A stretch of DNA of 64,000 bases, taken from Podarcis pityusensis. Its lineage: Eukaryota. Shown piece after piece: positions 13,588 to 26,048 of this stretch. The stretch is taken from assembly GCA_964106645.2 (NCBI GenBank), contig OZ067052.1; one strand, given 5' to 3'. Each line of letters starts with the position of its first letter. Position 1 is the stretch's first letter. The notes under the pieces were generated by a model. It saw nothing but the letters and a program-made list of their open reading frames with translations. It ran no database searches and had not been told where the DNA came from. Position numbers and translations under genes: made by a program.

Positions 13588-14949
13588 ACTCAGTTTTATC
13601 CATGGTGTATTCATTTTTATTCTATTTTTTTTAGTAGTGTTTTATATTTGATTTTTTATTCTATTTTATGCAGTGCTATTTTTCTAGAAAAAGAGGTGCT
13701 GGAACTCACCATGAACCAGTATACCAGTTTCTGGGTATCACAAGTGGGGAGAGACAGTACAGGTGTGCTCAGATCCTGTTTGCCTGCTTCCCAAAGGCAT
13801 CTGATTAGCCACTGTGATGATGCTGGTATAAATGAGGGCTTTTGGTCTGATCCAGCTGCAGGGCTCTCCTTACAGCACTTCTGCCCTCACCTGGCTCCCC
13901 ACACCTGTTGCATAATTCCCTCTTGATTTTAGCCCCAGGAATTAATTGCCCCAAGGAGCCACCAGCTGTTATCTTCATGGTGTAGATAACAATAAGTCAG
14001 ATGGGAAAGAGCTCCCCACCCCAGCAAAAAAAATACCCCTACCCTTGTGGTGAATGCAAAGTGGTAGTGATGTTCTGCCTGAATTGGGGGCTGAAGCAAA
14101 CCTTTGTAGACTATCTGATATCACTCTGGATAGAGTCATACTGAATCTCCCCCATACAAAATTAGAAATACATTGAAGCCCAGTCTGGCAAAGAACTATA
14201 TGCTACCAGGTCCTTGCGCCTCTTCAGACAGCTCTAATATTCTTTGTAAAAGAAGAGAGTGATAAGCTTTTTTGAATCAAGGAACCTAGAGATGCAGAAG
14301 GATGGTTTTTAATAATAAGTACCACGGTGCAGCTCTCAAGAGAACAAGCCATGCCAGCCTTTCTCAACTCTCTCAATTTAAAATAACCAGTAAAAAAAAA
14401 ATATTTAGCCATTTAAAATATGGAAAGCCCCCGTTTCCAAGGCAATTGCATCCGATGGGCAGTTAAACACCTCATTAGCCAAAACCATAATGGGCAAGTT
14501 GATGCTAGTTGGTGGTGGCTTGATAAATGGTTTGATGCTTTAGTTTTTAAGAGTCCCAGCGACTCTTTTTGCAAGCACCCACCTGGCGGGGACTGTGGAA
14601 AATAATCCATGAATCCCTGGGAGCTATGATGTCACACACATCCTTCTGAAGTCTTTCTTGAAACTATGCCTTTCAGAGTTCTGATGCACAGGAGACAAGC
14701 ATGATTAAAAGAATGGGGCATCTAGTTTTCAAGAAAAGAACCTTCATGCCAGGTAGGTTTATGTCTCCTCCCTAGCAGATGTGGAAATGCGTAGAACACC
14801 TTGTCCGCTGTAACAGAGTAATTAAGAAATGATGATTGACTAACCAGAGCATATGGGCACCTTTTTGAGATGAATGCAGGTAAGGGAAGTGGAAAAATAG
14901 ACATTAACAGCTAGGTGTCAAGCGATTGATGCAAATGACACATCATACA

Positions 14950-17900
14950 ACACTGTTCAAAACAGATTTTTTTATTATTTTTTTCTGAGACAAACACATT
15001 GATTTTCTGGACCACAGTAGAGGATGGAAACCTTTCACAAACTTATTTATTTGAAAATACAAATATAAAATTATACTTTCCACATCTGTGATGTGAGAGA
15101 CCCCCATCCATGTAGTATATTTTTACAACAGGGCTTCGGAAAGCCATACACAGAGACCTGAAAGATGCTTGATATATATAGATACACGTATATATATATA
15201 TGTATGTATATATATATTTATATATGTATATAAAAAGTCACTACCAAAGTTCGCATCAGTTCATACTAAAATATAAAAGGAAGGGGCTAGGCCTGGCCAC
15301 TGTGTCATTGTTGATTAAGTACATTTAGAACCACCTGAAAATGCTGAGACTTTGCATTGGATTTACTGATGGAATTCAAAACATGTACAACATATACAGT
15401 GAGATTATTTTGCTATCACTAGAATTCAATTGACACGCACATCCCACACATGTGTGGTGGTGTTGGCATATGTACAAACACAGGTTATTCTATAGCACGG
15501 GTGACTTCTTTTTTTGTTTGTTTGTTTTTGTCTGAAACAAAATTCTATCAAGACAATACATTCTGATTGTTTGGTAACTGGCAAACAGATCACTTTGATT
15601 TTGAATTCCTTTTATTTTTTGGTAATTTTTTTTATTACAGTATTAAAGTATTGCTTAGCTTGCAGAATCTCATGTAGTGCTTGCACACAGTGAGAAAATG
15701 GATTGGAATTAGATTCTGCGCACTTTATGAAACTCTACAGTGTATTGATGCAGATTTTTTGGGAATCTGCCAGTGTGTCTAAGGCCCCCTGTCACTCAAA
15801 ACATAGTTAGACTAGCTTCAGTTTGCTCTTCCAACCATTTTGCTTTTCAGAAAAAAACCCAAAACAAAACAAAAAGGAAACCTTTCAAAACAAATACACC
15901 CAAGAGTAAAAAATAAGTAGTTAGTGTTTTTTTTTTGTAAACAATTTCATATGCAATATATATATTACACAACCATGGCTGACCTTCAAGAAAAAAATGT
16001 AGGAAAACTATATTGCTTTAGTTTTGTTTTATGTTGCATTGAATTAGATGGCAAATGAAACAGGGTGGTTTGGTGGCTGGAGTCCCTAGCCCTCATTCAC
16101 ACTCAAGATTGAAAGAATCGTACAGGGTTAATAGCTGGGTGATGGAGAAGAGAAAATTAAAAAAAGTCTGTACACCTTTCAGGTCATTATTATTTACCAA
16201 CAATTACCCAATGATTCAACTAGCCTAGCAAGATGTGTAACATTCATCAGCTTGTGTATATACTGCTGTACAAGGGGAAAAAAATTACAGCAACAGAGCC
16301 ATGCTACCTTAAAGTCCAAGCTACAAATTCAAATTAAAATGAACATTATGTAGAATAGGAAACAAAAAAGGGACAGGTTGCTCTTCATTTTAATCAAGTT
16401 AAGATTGGATGGGGTGTGTTTTGTTTCTCCCCTCCCCTCCTTCGGTGGGAGGAGAAACAGGCAATGTGAATTAAAAACTCCCAATATCCCGTGAGTGAAA
16501 TTCTGGCCCTCTGTTCAAGTCAGTAGCAAAAAAGAAAAGTATGCCAGGATTTCATGCCAAGCTCTTTCCAAACCTTTAGATCAATTTTGACATCCAAACA
16601 CCACGGAAACAAGCAGAGAATTTCTCATAGAGTTTCCTGGTCTCTGGTTTTCGCAAGATTGTTTTAAAAATTAACTTTTAACTTGAGGCACAAAGCAGCA
16701 TTTTCCAATGCTTTCTCCATGGAGGTGTGTAAAGAATCCACCACAGTACTTGAGTGGTGCTTTTCAATCCCTGTGTACACCATTCTGCTCCTACATTTTG
16801 GTTTTTGCTAACTCCAAGGCATTGTTTGGAAGGGGAAGTTTGGAACAAAATGATGAGATGCTGAAGATGGGCTTTTTGCCTGCTCACCTTGACTAAAATA
16901 AAGATGCAGCTGAGCCTTCTGTGCTAAAATTAATTGTTTTTAAAAACAAACAAACGAACCCAAATCCTTTGAAACAGATTTCTAGATGAGTGAGGGAACT
17001 AAAATGAACCTTAGCCTAGGAAGCCACTTCAGAAACATACCAGGTTCCACACAAGTTGTGCTATGGGCCACTGGGGCTTTTCAAAAGGTATAGAAACATC
17101 TAAAACATATTCACACAGGTTATCAATTTTTTCTTCTGAGCATTCTTTTTTAAAAAAATATTTTTTCTCTTAGTAAAATCATTTTATTATACCATGCCTC
17201 CCTCTTTTTTATTTTAAAAAATAAATTAAAAAAATCCAGTTTTGCATATCTAGCGTTAGCATTTAAGGTAGTATGGCACACCCTCTTTATAAAAGTCAAA
17301 GGGTGGGGGAATCTATAAAATGCCGCAGCGGTTTTGCTAGCATTTTTTTCCTTCTTCTTCTTCTTTTTTTTTTTTTAACATTGTGAGACCTTTGGTTAGT
17401 TGAAACCACATGAGATCAGCAGAAAGAAAAAACACAAAAAGAAAATTTAAGTTTTAAAAAAACACCTGCCCAAAATTATTAGCATTTCGTTTTGTCTTAA
17501 ATAAGAGAAAGTTCTATCCTTACTGGTCCTAAATCTGAATAACTACATCTATGTATTTAACCTTAATTACGATACAACTACCAATATGTACTAGAAGAGG
17601 AAGAAAGAGAAGAAAAGAGAAGGGGTTGGGGGTTGTCACTACACTAGCATCAGGACAGCACTCTTACAAGATAGTCATTTTTATACATTATTAACATACA
17701 ACAATGATCAAATAATCTGCTATGAGGTGACAGGGAATGAATGACGAGGAGGAAAACATGGTAGTATACAGTACAGGCACACGCTCCCGGGAACTCCTCA
17801 CAGGAAAGCTCCATTGAAATGAATGGGAGCTGCGCAGAGCTCCTGGGAGGGAGAACTCGACATCATTTGAAAGGAGCCTTCAGAGAAGTCGTCCCTGATA

Positions 17901-20392
17901 GGTGGTACTCTGATGTCATCTACATTGATTAAAGAGTAATAAAAAAAAAATTCCCTGACTTTTTTTTTTTTACACACTTGACTCTCAGGGAATTTGGTTT
18001 GCAGTTAATTACTTTTCTTCCTTTATTATTATTAATAGTATTATTATTATTTAGTGTACTACTTGATCAAGTCTCAATTTTAAAAAGCGTCCAGCATTCT
18101 GGCTTTTAAACCTGGTTGTTTTGAAATAAAATAATAATAATAATAATAATACAACCAAAGACATTACACAACCAACCAACAAACAAAAAACAACCCAAAA
18201 CCAACAACAAACAAAGAAACCCATGTTTTTTGTTGTTTAAAAACAAGACCCTCCCCCCTCCTTATGGTTAGCATTATGGTGCCTCGGTGAGTGTTCAAAG
18301 ATGCTTTGCTCTAACTTGTCTATTGAACAACTATGTTAGCCTACTTGTTAGTAAAGTTTTACAAAAATAGGAGCGCAGCAGCTTTTTTTTCTCTTAACAA
18401 ATGTCGCATTCAGTGTCTTATTCTGGCTGTACCTAGAGTACCAAATTTATAAACGTAACAATTTAAAAAAATATTAATAAACCTTGTCAATATTAATGTT
18501 AAAAAAAAGAATATATCCACACTATAGTTATGCTTGTAATATCACCTACTGTGTTGTACTTCGAGTTGCTGTTGCTGGCCTATTTGACCCATATTTAAAA
18601 AATTAAATTAAAAAATATCCTTCATAAGACTCCTCCCCAGCAGAGGACCATATATATAACAGCCAAACATTAAACATGTGCAAATTGGAAATTGTCAGTT
18701 TTTCCCTACCAGTCACAGTGCAATGATGTTTTTTATACATATTTTTTTTCAAATCTGTTTTCATCTACAATAAATTAAATCTTCTCTTGCGTCTAGGGTG
18801 ATAAACTTGTAGCACTGAGGTATTCAGAACAATATTTTCTTTTTTTTAAAAAAACAACAACTTTGCTTTCCCTAATTTGTTAATATAGGAAAGAATGGAT
18901 GAGGTGAGAAGATGCAAGGCTTAATTTGCACCCCCTGCCCACAGCGTGGGAGCTTCCAAGTGGACTCGCTTGGCCAGAGAGCTATAGAAGGCGTCAGGGT
19001 GGCTGAAATGGATGGACAGTCAGTCAGGTGATCTAAAGAATGGTTAAAAAAAGTGTGCTTGGATTTTTAAATACCGTCTTAAATATTATATTTGTAGCTT
19101 TTTCAATCTTGGGGAAAGCAGTCCCCCCCCCCTTCTTAACTTAAAAATGTAACTAGACTGTTACTTTATAAGCTGTGCACAGATGTCTAGTTAATATGCT
19201 GGTATGACGCTAGTACAGTTATAAGGTCTAACACCTACAGAGCAAGCTAAACAGTGTTGATCTAACTGCTATGGGCCAGCTCTGGCAGTCGATCTCAAAC
19301 GTTTAAAAATGTCAGGGTGCAACCCACTGGGAGCTTTGCCGTTCCATATACTGGCGAGATGAATGGGAGCCAGGAAGGGCAGTTCCCTGCCCTTGGGCCT
19401 CTTCTGTTCACTTGCAGAAGAGAAGCTTCCAGCAGATTGGGGGCCCCTAATCTTTGTCTTTTTCTTCCGTTCAGTACAGAAACTGCCTTAGTCTGACTCC
19501 ATCACAAAAATATTATGCATTTCTCTTTTTTAATAGTTTATATGTAAGTTAATGGAATTGTATTTACAGTATTATTATTTTTTCAGAAATCACAATTTCA
19601 AAAAACCTTATATCGCCTCTTTTTCAACAACAAAAAATGCACTTATAGAAAAAGGACGCACAAAAAACTTTGTAGTCCTTGCCTTATTGCCGAAAATAGA
19701 TATAATTAGGTTAACTGATACAAAGAACTGCTAGAGATCTTGTTACTGAGCCAGCCTCCCATTCCCTATACAGCATAAATAGAATATGTCCGCTCACTTG
19801 TCTTGCTTGCTCTACTTCTAAATTCAGTGTGTGCTAAATTCCACCTGAAAAAAGTTTTTTTAGCTTCAGAATTGGTACCAGTCAACTGAGAATCGTGTTA
19901 CCACTTCAGCTTCTTTTAAGCGACGAAAGTACATAAAACAAAATAAAGGGGTGGGAGGTTATTAAAAAGCAAAGCCAAAAAAAAAAAAAAAAAATCCTCG
20001 TAATATATAAACAGTTATATTATGGTTAGGCTTTTTCTAAATACACAAAGTAGTAGGTCTACGTGACTACAAGCCTATGTCAAAATACTACAAAAGAGTG
20101 ATTAAAATAGATTTCAAAGGGGAAAAAACATCAAGAAAAATAATAAAATGAACAAAATGGATTATATATATATACACATATTCTTTTCTTTAAAAAGCTG
20201 TTGTTCTATATAGTACAGCAGGTTCGTGAGATGATAGAGATTGTGGACAACCCAAGTCCGCTGAATGCCACCTCCAGTTTGTGTGGGTTATTGGTGATGA
20301 TGCAATGCTCAAAGTCTGATTGATGATGTATCACCTAAACATGGAACCATTCAGAAACTTCGCCCTGTCTTGCCTGGACATCCAGATATACT
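14950..20392 (-). other. MSI2: MSI2 terminal exon / ~5.4-kb 3'UTR
   Basis: Long pyrimidine tract then gctgtag|AGTATATCTGGATGTCCAGGCAAGAC. The sequence is AU-rich, ORF-poor and nearly free of transposons. It ends with AATAAA at 15051-15046 and 14976-14971, then GU-rich gtgttgtatgatgtgtc. The 3' end position is approximate. Confidence 0.85.
14971..14976 (-). terminator. Distal polyadenylation signal AATAAA of MSI2 (second copy at 15046-15051)
   Basis: Plus strand tttatt = minus AATAAA, followed ~20 nt later by CA and a GU-rich downstream element. Confidence 0.75.
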
Positions 20393-21253
20393 CTACAGCG
20401 CGTTTTTTGAAAAGGAAAAAGAGAGGGAGAGAGTGTGAATAGATAAAAACAGCAACAATTATAGCCAACACTTCAGAGACATGTTACTAGTTCTAGGGGC
20501 CTTTTTATGGGTTTTATGGTCACACGTTGAATGTGGTGTACCTGGGATGTCATTTGTTTCCCAACAGGCCACCATACGTCTGTGTTAAATGGCGAGGGAC
20601 TTATGCATGTTGATATCCAGAGCTTTGTGTGACCAACCATGTTAAGAATATCAAAATGCTGCACCGCATCAGCTCAAGTTCAGAAACAGGGAAAGTGGAA
20701 TTCTGGCGCTTACATACACTATTCAATTATGTCGTATGCCTCCTTATTCTGTGATTCACAGGGAGCTATTCGGCGTGCACAAGTCCCCTCCCCTGACCGG
20801 TGGAAAGCAGATTTAGCCTCCCCACACCCAACTTCTGATATGTTAGCGGGCACGGCTTCCGGGTATAAGGTTAGAATTTAATCTTTTTTCTTTTTTTTTA
20901 AAGAAAGCTGAAATTCTTAGGGAATCTGATTTCGGTGGCTAATATCAAATTCTCCAGCTTTCTGCCGCTCTAGTGGCACCGCAGCATACCCATAGGAGTC
21001 TATTATTCATGTGGTAACTGCACCTATCTGCCGAGAAACGTGATAGGGAAAGAGGAACTGGGGTGATTGAGACTCTTAGGCAAATGGCCTACAAGGGGAG
21101 CTAAATGGTAACTTACACATAGTATGAATTACCCTTAGAACAGAAACAGGGAGCTAATGCTGCAAACAGGGACTCTCTGCTTCTAGGTCCATGCAAGAAA
21201 ATCAGGGTTATGTTAAGTGCCAGGGATGTTAATATTGACAATAACTTGGTCCT

Positions 21254-21428
21254 AGAGCCATAGCTCAGTGGCAGAACACATGCTTTGTATGCAGAAGGTC
21301 TCAGGTTCAACTTTTGACATCTCCAGGTAAGGCTGAAACCCTGAAATACTGCTGCCAACCCGTGTAGATAGCACTGAGCCATATGGTCCAATGTGTCTGA
21401 CTCAGTATAAGGCACCTTCCTATGTTCC
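21254..21428 (+). mobile_element. Squamate tRNA-derived SINE (related copies ~24630-24800 and ~53200-53350 on the minus strand; fragment ~10725-10865)
   Basis: gccatagctcagtggcagaacacatgctttgtatgcagaaggtctcaggttcaa (A/B boxes)...ctgactcagtataaggcaccttcctatgttcc. Confidence 0.7.
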
Positions 21429-24400
21429 AAGTGTTGTCTTCCTTTTAAGGCCGTGCACTGTGGAGCCACAAGGTCCTAAAAATTAAGAGTTCAAGGCAAA
21501 CCCTTTAAAATTTTTATAGGTTGGAGTTACTTGTAAGTGAGAAGAACTTCTGTTTCCTTCGGGTTCTTGGAAGGAAGTCATGGGTCTGAGATGGCTCCTC
21601 CTACTGCGTGTTGCCCCCAAAGGGTTTTTCTTCATACCATCCTCATGGGCTTTGGAGACATTATCCCTGTTGGCCAGCTCCTCCACCCACAACCTGCCCC
21701 TGCATGTTTATCATGGATTCCTGGGGGAATCTACTGCTGGTGCATTCAGCTTTCCCATCACCTTAGGCAGGAAGTAGTGTCACTTGTTGACTAGTTTGTG
21801 TGATGGTTTATGTTTTCCTGGTATGCCCCATTCAGCTTTTCATAACTCTTGAATATGGAGATTGATGCATGGCCATGCAGTGCCGCTGGTCTGGAAAGGG
21901 AGCTTTTGGCTTCTTACAGCAGTTCCAGGAGCCTCCTTGCTTTCACCTCTCAGGAGAGGGAACACTCAAGAGAGCCTCTGCCCTAGGCATTCTAACTTCC
22001 TGCTGTATGCCTTCTTGAACAGGCTGGCCTTGCTGGTTCCATGCCTTATGGAATGTGCCACTAAGATGGACCACTTGTGTCCAGAAGATGGAGAATAGGA
22101 AAGAGGAGGAAGAAGAGGAAGAAGAGGGCAGAAGGAATGCTGACTTAGTGCACCATTCTTCCTTCAACGGGGCTTAGGTACATATTTACCCCTTTCCAGT
22201 CCTGGACAGGGGGACTGCAATGGTAGGGAAGGGCCTGTTGCTGGTGAGAACCTGGCAACCTGCATCTCTCTGACCAGTACCCCTGTAAAACATTTGAGAG
22301 TTCCTTTTCCCCAGACAAGCGCAGTATTGAGAGGACTTAACCCCCTCCACTGACAGTTCACTTGCAGCCCAGGGCTTTAGCCTTCCTTGGACGTGGCTTG
22401 GTGGGCTCTCCTGTTCACCTGCTTCAGAGGCCTCTGGTTCCTACAACACGTTTCCCTTTGAGGGTGACTTTGCCCTGCTGTGGGGCATAGTGTTTGGCTC
22501 CTGATGCCAGCCAAGGCTGAGGTGCGGGTGGGGAGAGATCCAAATGGGCTCTGCAGGCTTCTCCATCACCTCAGTGAATCTCATGGTGCCTGCTTGCTGT
22601 GATGAGCAATTACGCCAACCCTCTCAGCCATATGGGCACAATCTTCTCCACTGTCCCACTTGGGGCTCCTCTCTCTCTCTGCCTCCTCCTCCTCTTCTGT
22701 GCAATTGTGCCAGTGTGAACCACAAACTTCCTGTGCTACAGGAACAGCCTTCCAAATGCCCCCAGTTTCTAACAGCAGATGGGGAGTGAAAGGGGAGGCA
22801 GGGAGAGAGAGAAAAGCACAGAAGAAGGGAATACAGAAGACAAGCTAGGAGCTCCAGTTGATCCCAACCATCCAGCTCATGAGGCAGGGTGGTCTGGTGA
22901 GAAGGATGTTCCCTCCCCCTGGTTAGTATCATATAATTGGGGCCATAATTGGATCCAGCCAGAGGGAGGAGCCATTCCAGACACATGGCTGCTCTCCAGG
23001 AACCTGTGGGGGAACTTCATTTACACATTTTTTAGAAAAGTAAGAGATGTGGTTGGCAAACAACTTGGATGAAAAAACATGCCAATAGTTGATGTAAAGT
23101 CTTCCTTTTTCTGAAACAAACAGGCCCTCTTCACAGGACTTCAAAACCAAGTATGAAGGTGAAGCTGTGCTCTTTGATGCAGGTGGTGGTGCATTGAAGG
23201 GCAAAAATAAAGAGTGTGGCATGAAAAGGGAAGAGAGAGTGGCATGTAACTAAGCAACATGGTGGAGTTAAGAAAGAGCCATGCTGAATTTGTAATAATG
23301 ACTTGGATATGGAAGTGATTGTTATTGAATCCCACCGGTACCTAATTTTTTATTTTTCTTACTGGCTTCAGCGAATATAATCAGTGAGAATGAGACAACT
23401 AAATAACGCGTGTTCACACTGCCTCTCTAAAAATTAACTTCATGTTTCTATCCACCAAGCTCTTTATTCATTCTACTTGGCCTGGTGCCAGAAGGGATAC
23501 CCTCTCCCAACACACCTGAAATCAGGCCTCACATATCAAGAAGTTCCCTAGAAGATGTTCTCAGAGCAAGGCCCTGGGTTTAAGGCAGCAAAAGGCATTT
23601 GTGGCAAAGTCCTCCTTGAAAAGAACAGAGCGAAACTTGAGTCACAGCTAACTCAAATCATGCTGGTGTCAGGAATTAGCCATGGCTAGTTGTTGTTGTT
23701 GTGTTTTTGTTTTTTTTTGCCAGTTTGTGCCCACTCGGCTATCAGGCTTTGGGTCTGTTTCAAGCAAGGCCTCTCTCTGGAAACCTCTTGAGTAGCTTGG
23801 CTTTTCCAATAGGCTTATGGGAAGCTGTCAGACAAGGCAGCTGCAATGGTCTTGGTGTTTAGGGGGAGACGTGAAAAATACAGGTTGGAGTGGAAGCTAT
23901 GAACCAGTAAATCATGAACTGAGCTATGCTAGTATCTCCGCTTCAACTGCGATCTGATCTGCAGTTCTACCTACCTACCATGCAGGGCTGTTGTGAGAAT
24001 TACTGAAATGTTGTGTGCGAAGGACTTCACTGACTCCAATGCTAAGCATAAAAATAATGATCAGCAGAACTATGTGGACTGAATGGTACAAACTTTATGT
24101 AATTGGGAACAGGTTAGGAAAGGCCATTCCAGGGCCTGTTATTGCCTGAAGATGTGTGTTTGTGTGGTTGGCAGAAGAAACAAGGATTGCTGCAAAAGAT
24201 ATTCTCAACAAGGCTCACAGAGGACTAGACATCTCTGAAGCTACAGTAGAAGATACCTAGTGGAGTGAAGAAAACATGGCGCACAAATTACAGACATGCT
24301 CTTCATTTGAAATGGGCTTATTTCAGCCACTGCTTATTGCCTTGTTAATGGCGGTTACAGCGCTCATGTGGGTACTGGGTGAATTAATGCCGTATGGTTA

Positions 24401-25806
24401 CCTGGTTAACACTTGTTAGCACCAAAACACCAATTTAAACTGCTCATGTAGTGTTTTTTCTGTGAGTAGCAAGACTGCATTTGGACCTGGTTGCTATTAG
24501 TAACTTTAACATAATAAGCAAGCAACCGTTAATGGCACCAGTTTGAGACCCTGATTCACTTAGAATGGTGTCCTGGTTTTCTTTTTGTTGTATCTGACTG
24601 CCAGTCACTGAGATCATACTCCATAGAAACATATGTAACTGCCTTATAGTGAGTCAGACCATTGGTGCATCCACCTCAGGCAGCAGCTCCCCAGGATTTT
24701 AGGTGGGCAAATATTTCCCAGCCCTACCTGGAGATGCTGGAGATTGAACCAGGGACCATTTGCTTGCAGGGCAGATGCCTGACCACTGAATTATGACCCT
24801 TCCCCAACTGCATGTTCTAAAGGTTAGTGACGAGTACAGAATTTATTTATTTCAGTACATGTAAATACCCTGTCTTTCTTCCACCATAGAGCTCAAGCTG
24901 GCATATATGGGATCCTCAGGCACTAGCCAGACTCAGACCTGCTTAGTTTCAGCAAGCTATCTTTATCGCGTGCCCTCAAATCACACTCTGGGTATGAAGG
25001 AGCAACCCAGCCTTCAGAGCATGCTGCCTGATGAGAATCATGGAGCATTGTTATGTGTTTTGCAAGGGGTGTGTGTGTGTGTGTGTGTGGAACAGATGCA
25101 ACTCAAATGCCTTAGCATCCTTGAGAACCTTTTTAAAAACTCATTTGTTCATGGTCGAAAAACCTTGGGTCACTTAAAACCACACCACCATATACTTATT
25201 CACCCCTCTGACATTCATAAAGCCTTTCACAAGCATCATGCCAAATTTTCCTAATTTCAGCAATCATTATTTTAATTCCATGCATTGATTTGGAATTTAG
25301 AAGGCATGCAATTAGCAGCAAAATAAAGCATTTACCACATTTAGATATATGTGTATATAAGCTGTCATGGACTGTTTTCTAGGAGTTGTTTTTACACTTT
25401 AGACTGAATATTTATAATTTGATATGCAAAGACCCCACATTGGGGTGGTCAGTTGAAGGGTAGGAAACAGGCAGGGATCCAGATAGGACATTAGTAAGTG
25501 GATAGTTTTAATTTGAGGTAGCTGTTCTGAAAGTACTAACAGTCCTTACTGTGCTACAGGATTTGACATAGCACTTAGTGGTGGATGTGAGGCAATAAAG
25601 CATTGCACTTTTGAATGCTGCTTTTTCCATAAGTCTCTAGTCCACATTAATGGTACTTATTAAAAAAAAATCCTCACAGAAGGTTGAGGATTCCTCAACA
25701 GCTCTTTGTATCTGAATAATCAAATCGATTGCATAAAAATGAAATAAATGTAAACACACTTAGCAAAATTTCCTCAGGATCCCTTTCCACTTTCCATCCC
25801 AGAAAA

Positions 25807-25809
<3 letters not shown>

Positions 25810-25839
<30 letters not shown>

Positions 25840-25854
25840 TAATAATAATAATAA
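25810..25854. repeat. (AAT)n microsatellite; others (AAAC)n ~29396-29442 and (AAT)n ~33218-33262
   Basis: Directly visible. Confidence 0.95.
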
Positions 25855-26006
25855 TCTTACAAGGAAAAAAGGATTTAAAGACAGGAAGAAAGAAAAGTGT
25901 AAGAATGTAAAAACAAATGACAAAATATAAGGGACATAGTTGAAAATATAAATGCTATATACTGGAATACCTCCAAGTGAGATGGCAACCAACCCTGTGT
26001 AACGTT

Positions 26007-26048
26007 TCAATGGTATCCATTTGTAAAAGCCGTTGCAATCAAAGGCCC
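26007..26048 (-). CDS. MSI2: MSI2 last coding segment GPLIATAFTNGYH-stop (exon 25971-26048)
   Basis: caattttag|GGG CCT TTG ATT GCA ACG GCT TTT ACA AAT GGA TAC CAT TGA is the hallmark Musashi C-terminus. Donor TTGGAG|gtattc at 25971/25970. Confidence 0.97.
   Translation of the reverse strand, partial: GPLIATAFTNGYH

Noticed and set aside
1-14900. Possible neighbouring protein-coding gene downstream of MSI2
   Set aside because: Only short ORFs with repeat-derived or random composition; no recognisable exons.
20962-20980. CTCF-like CCACTAGAGCGGCAG on the minus strand
   Set aside because: An extra base in the core breaks the motif spacing.
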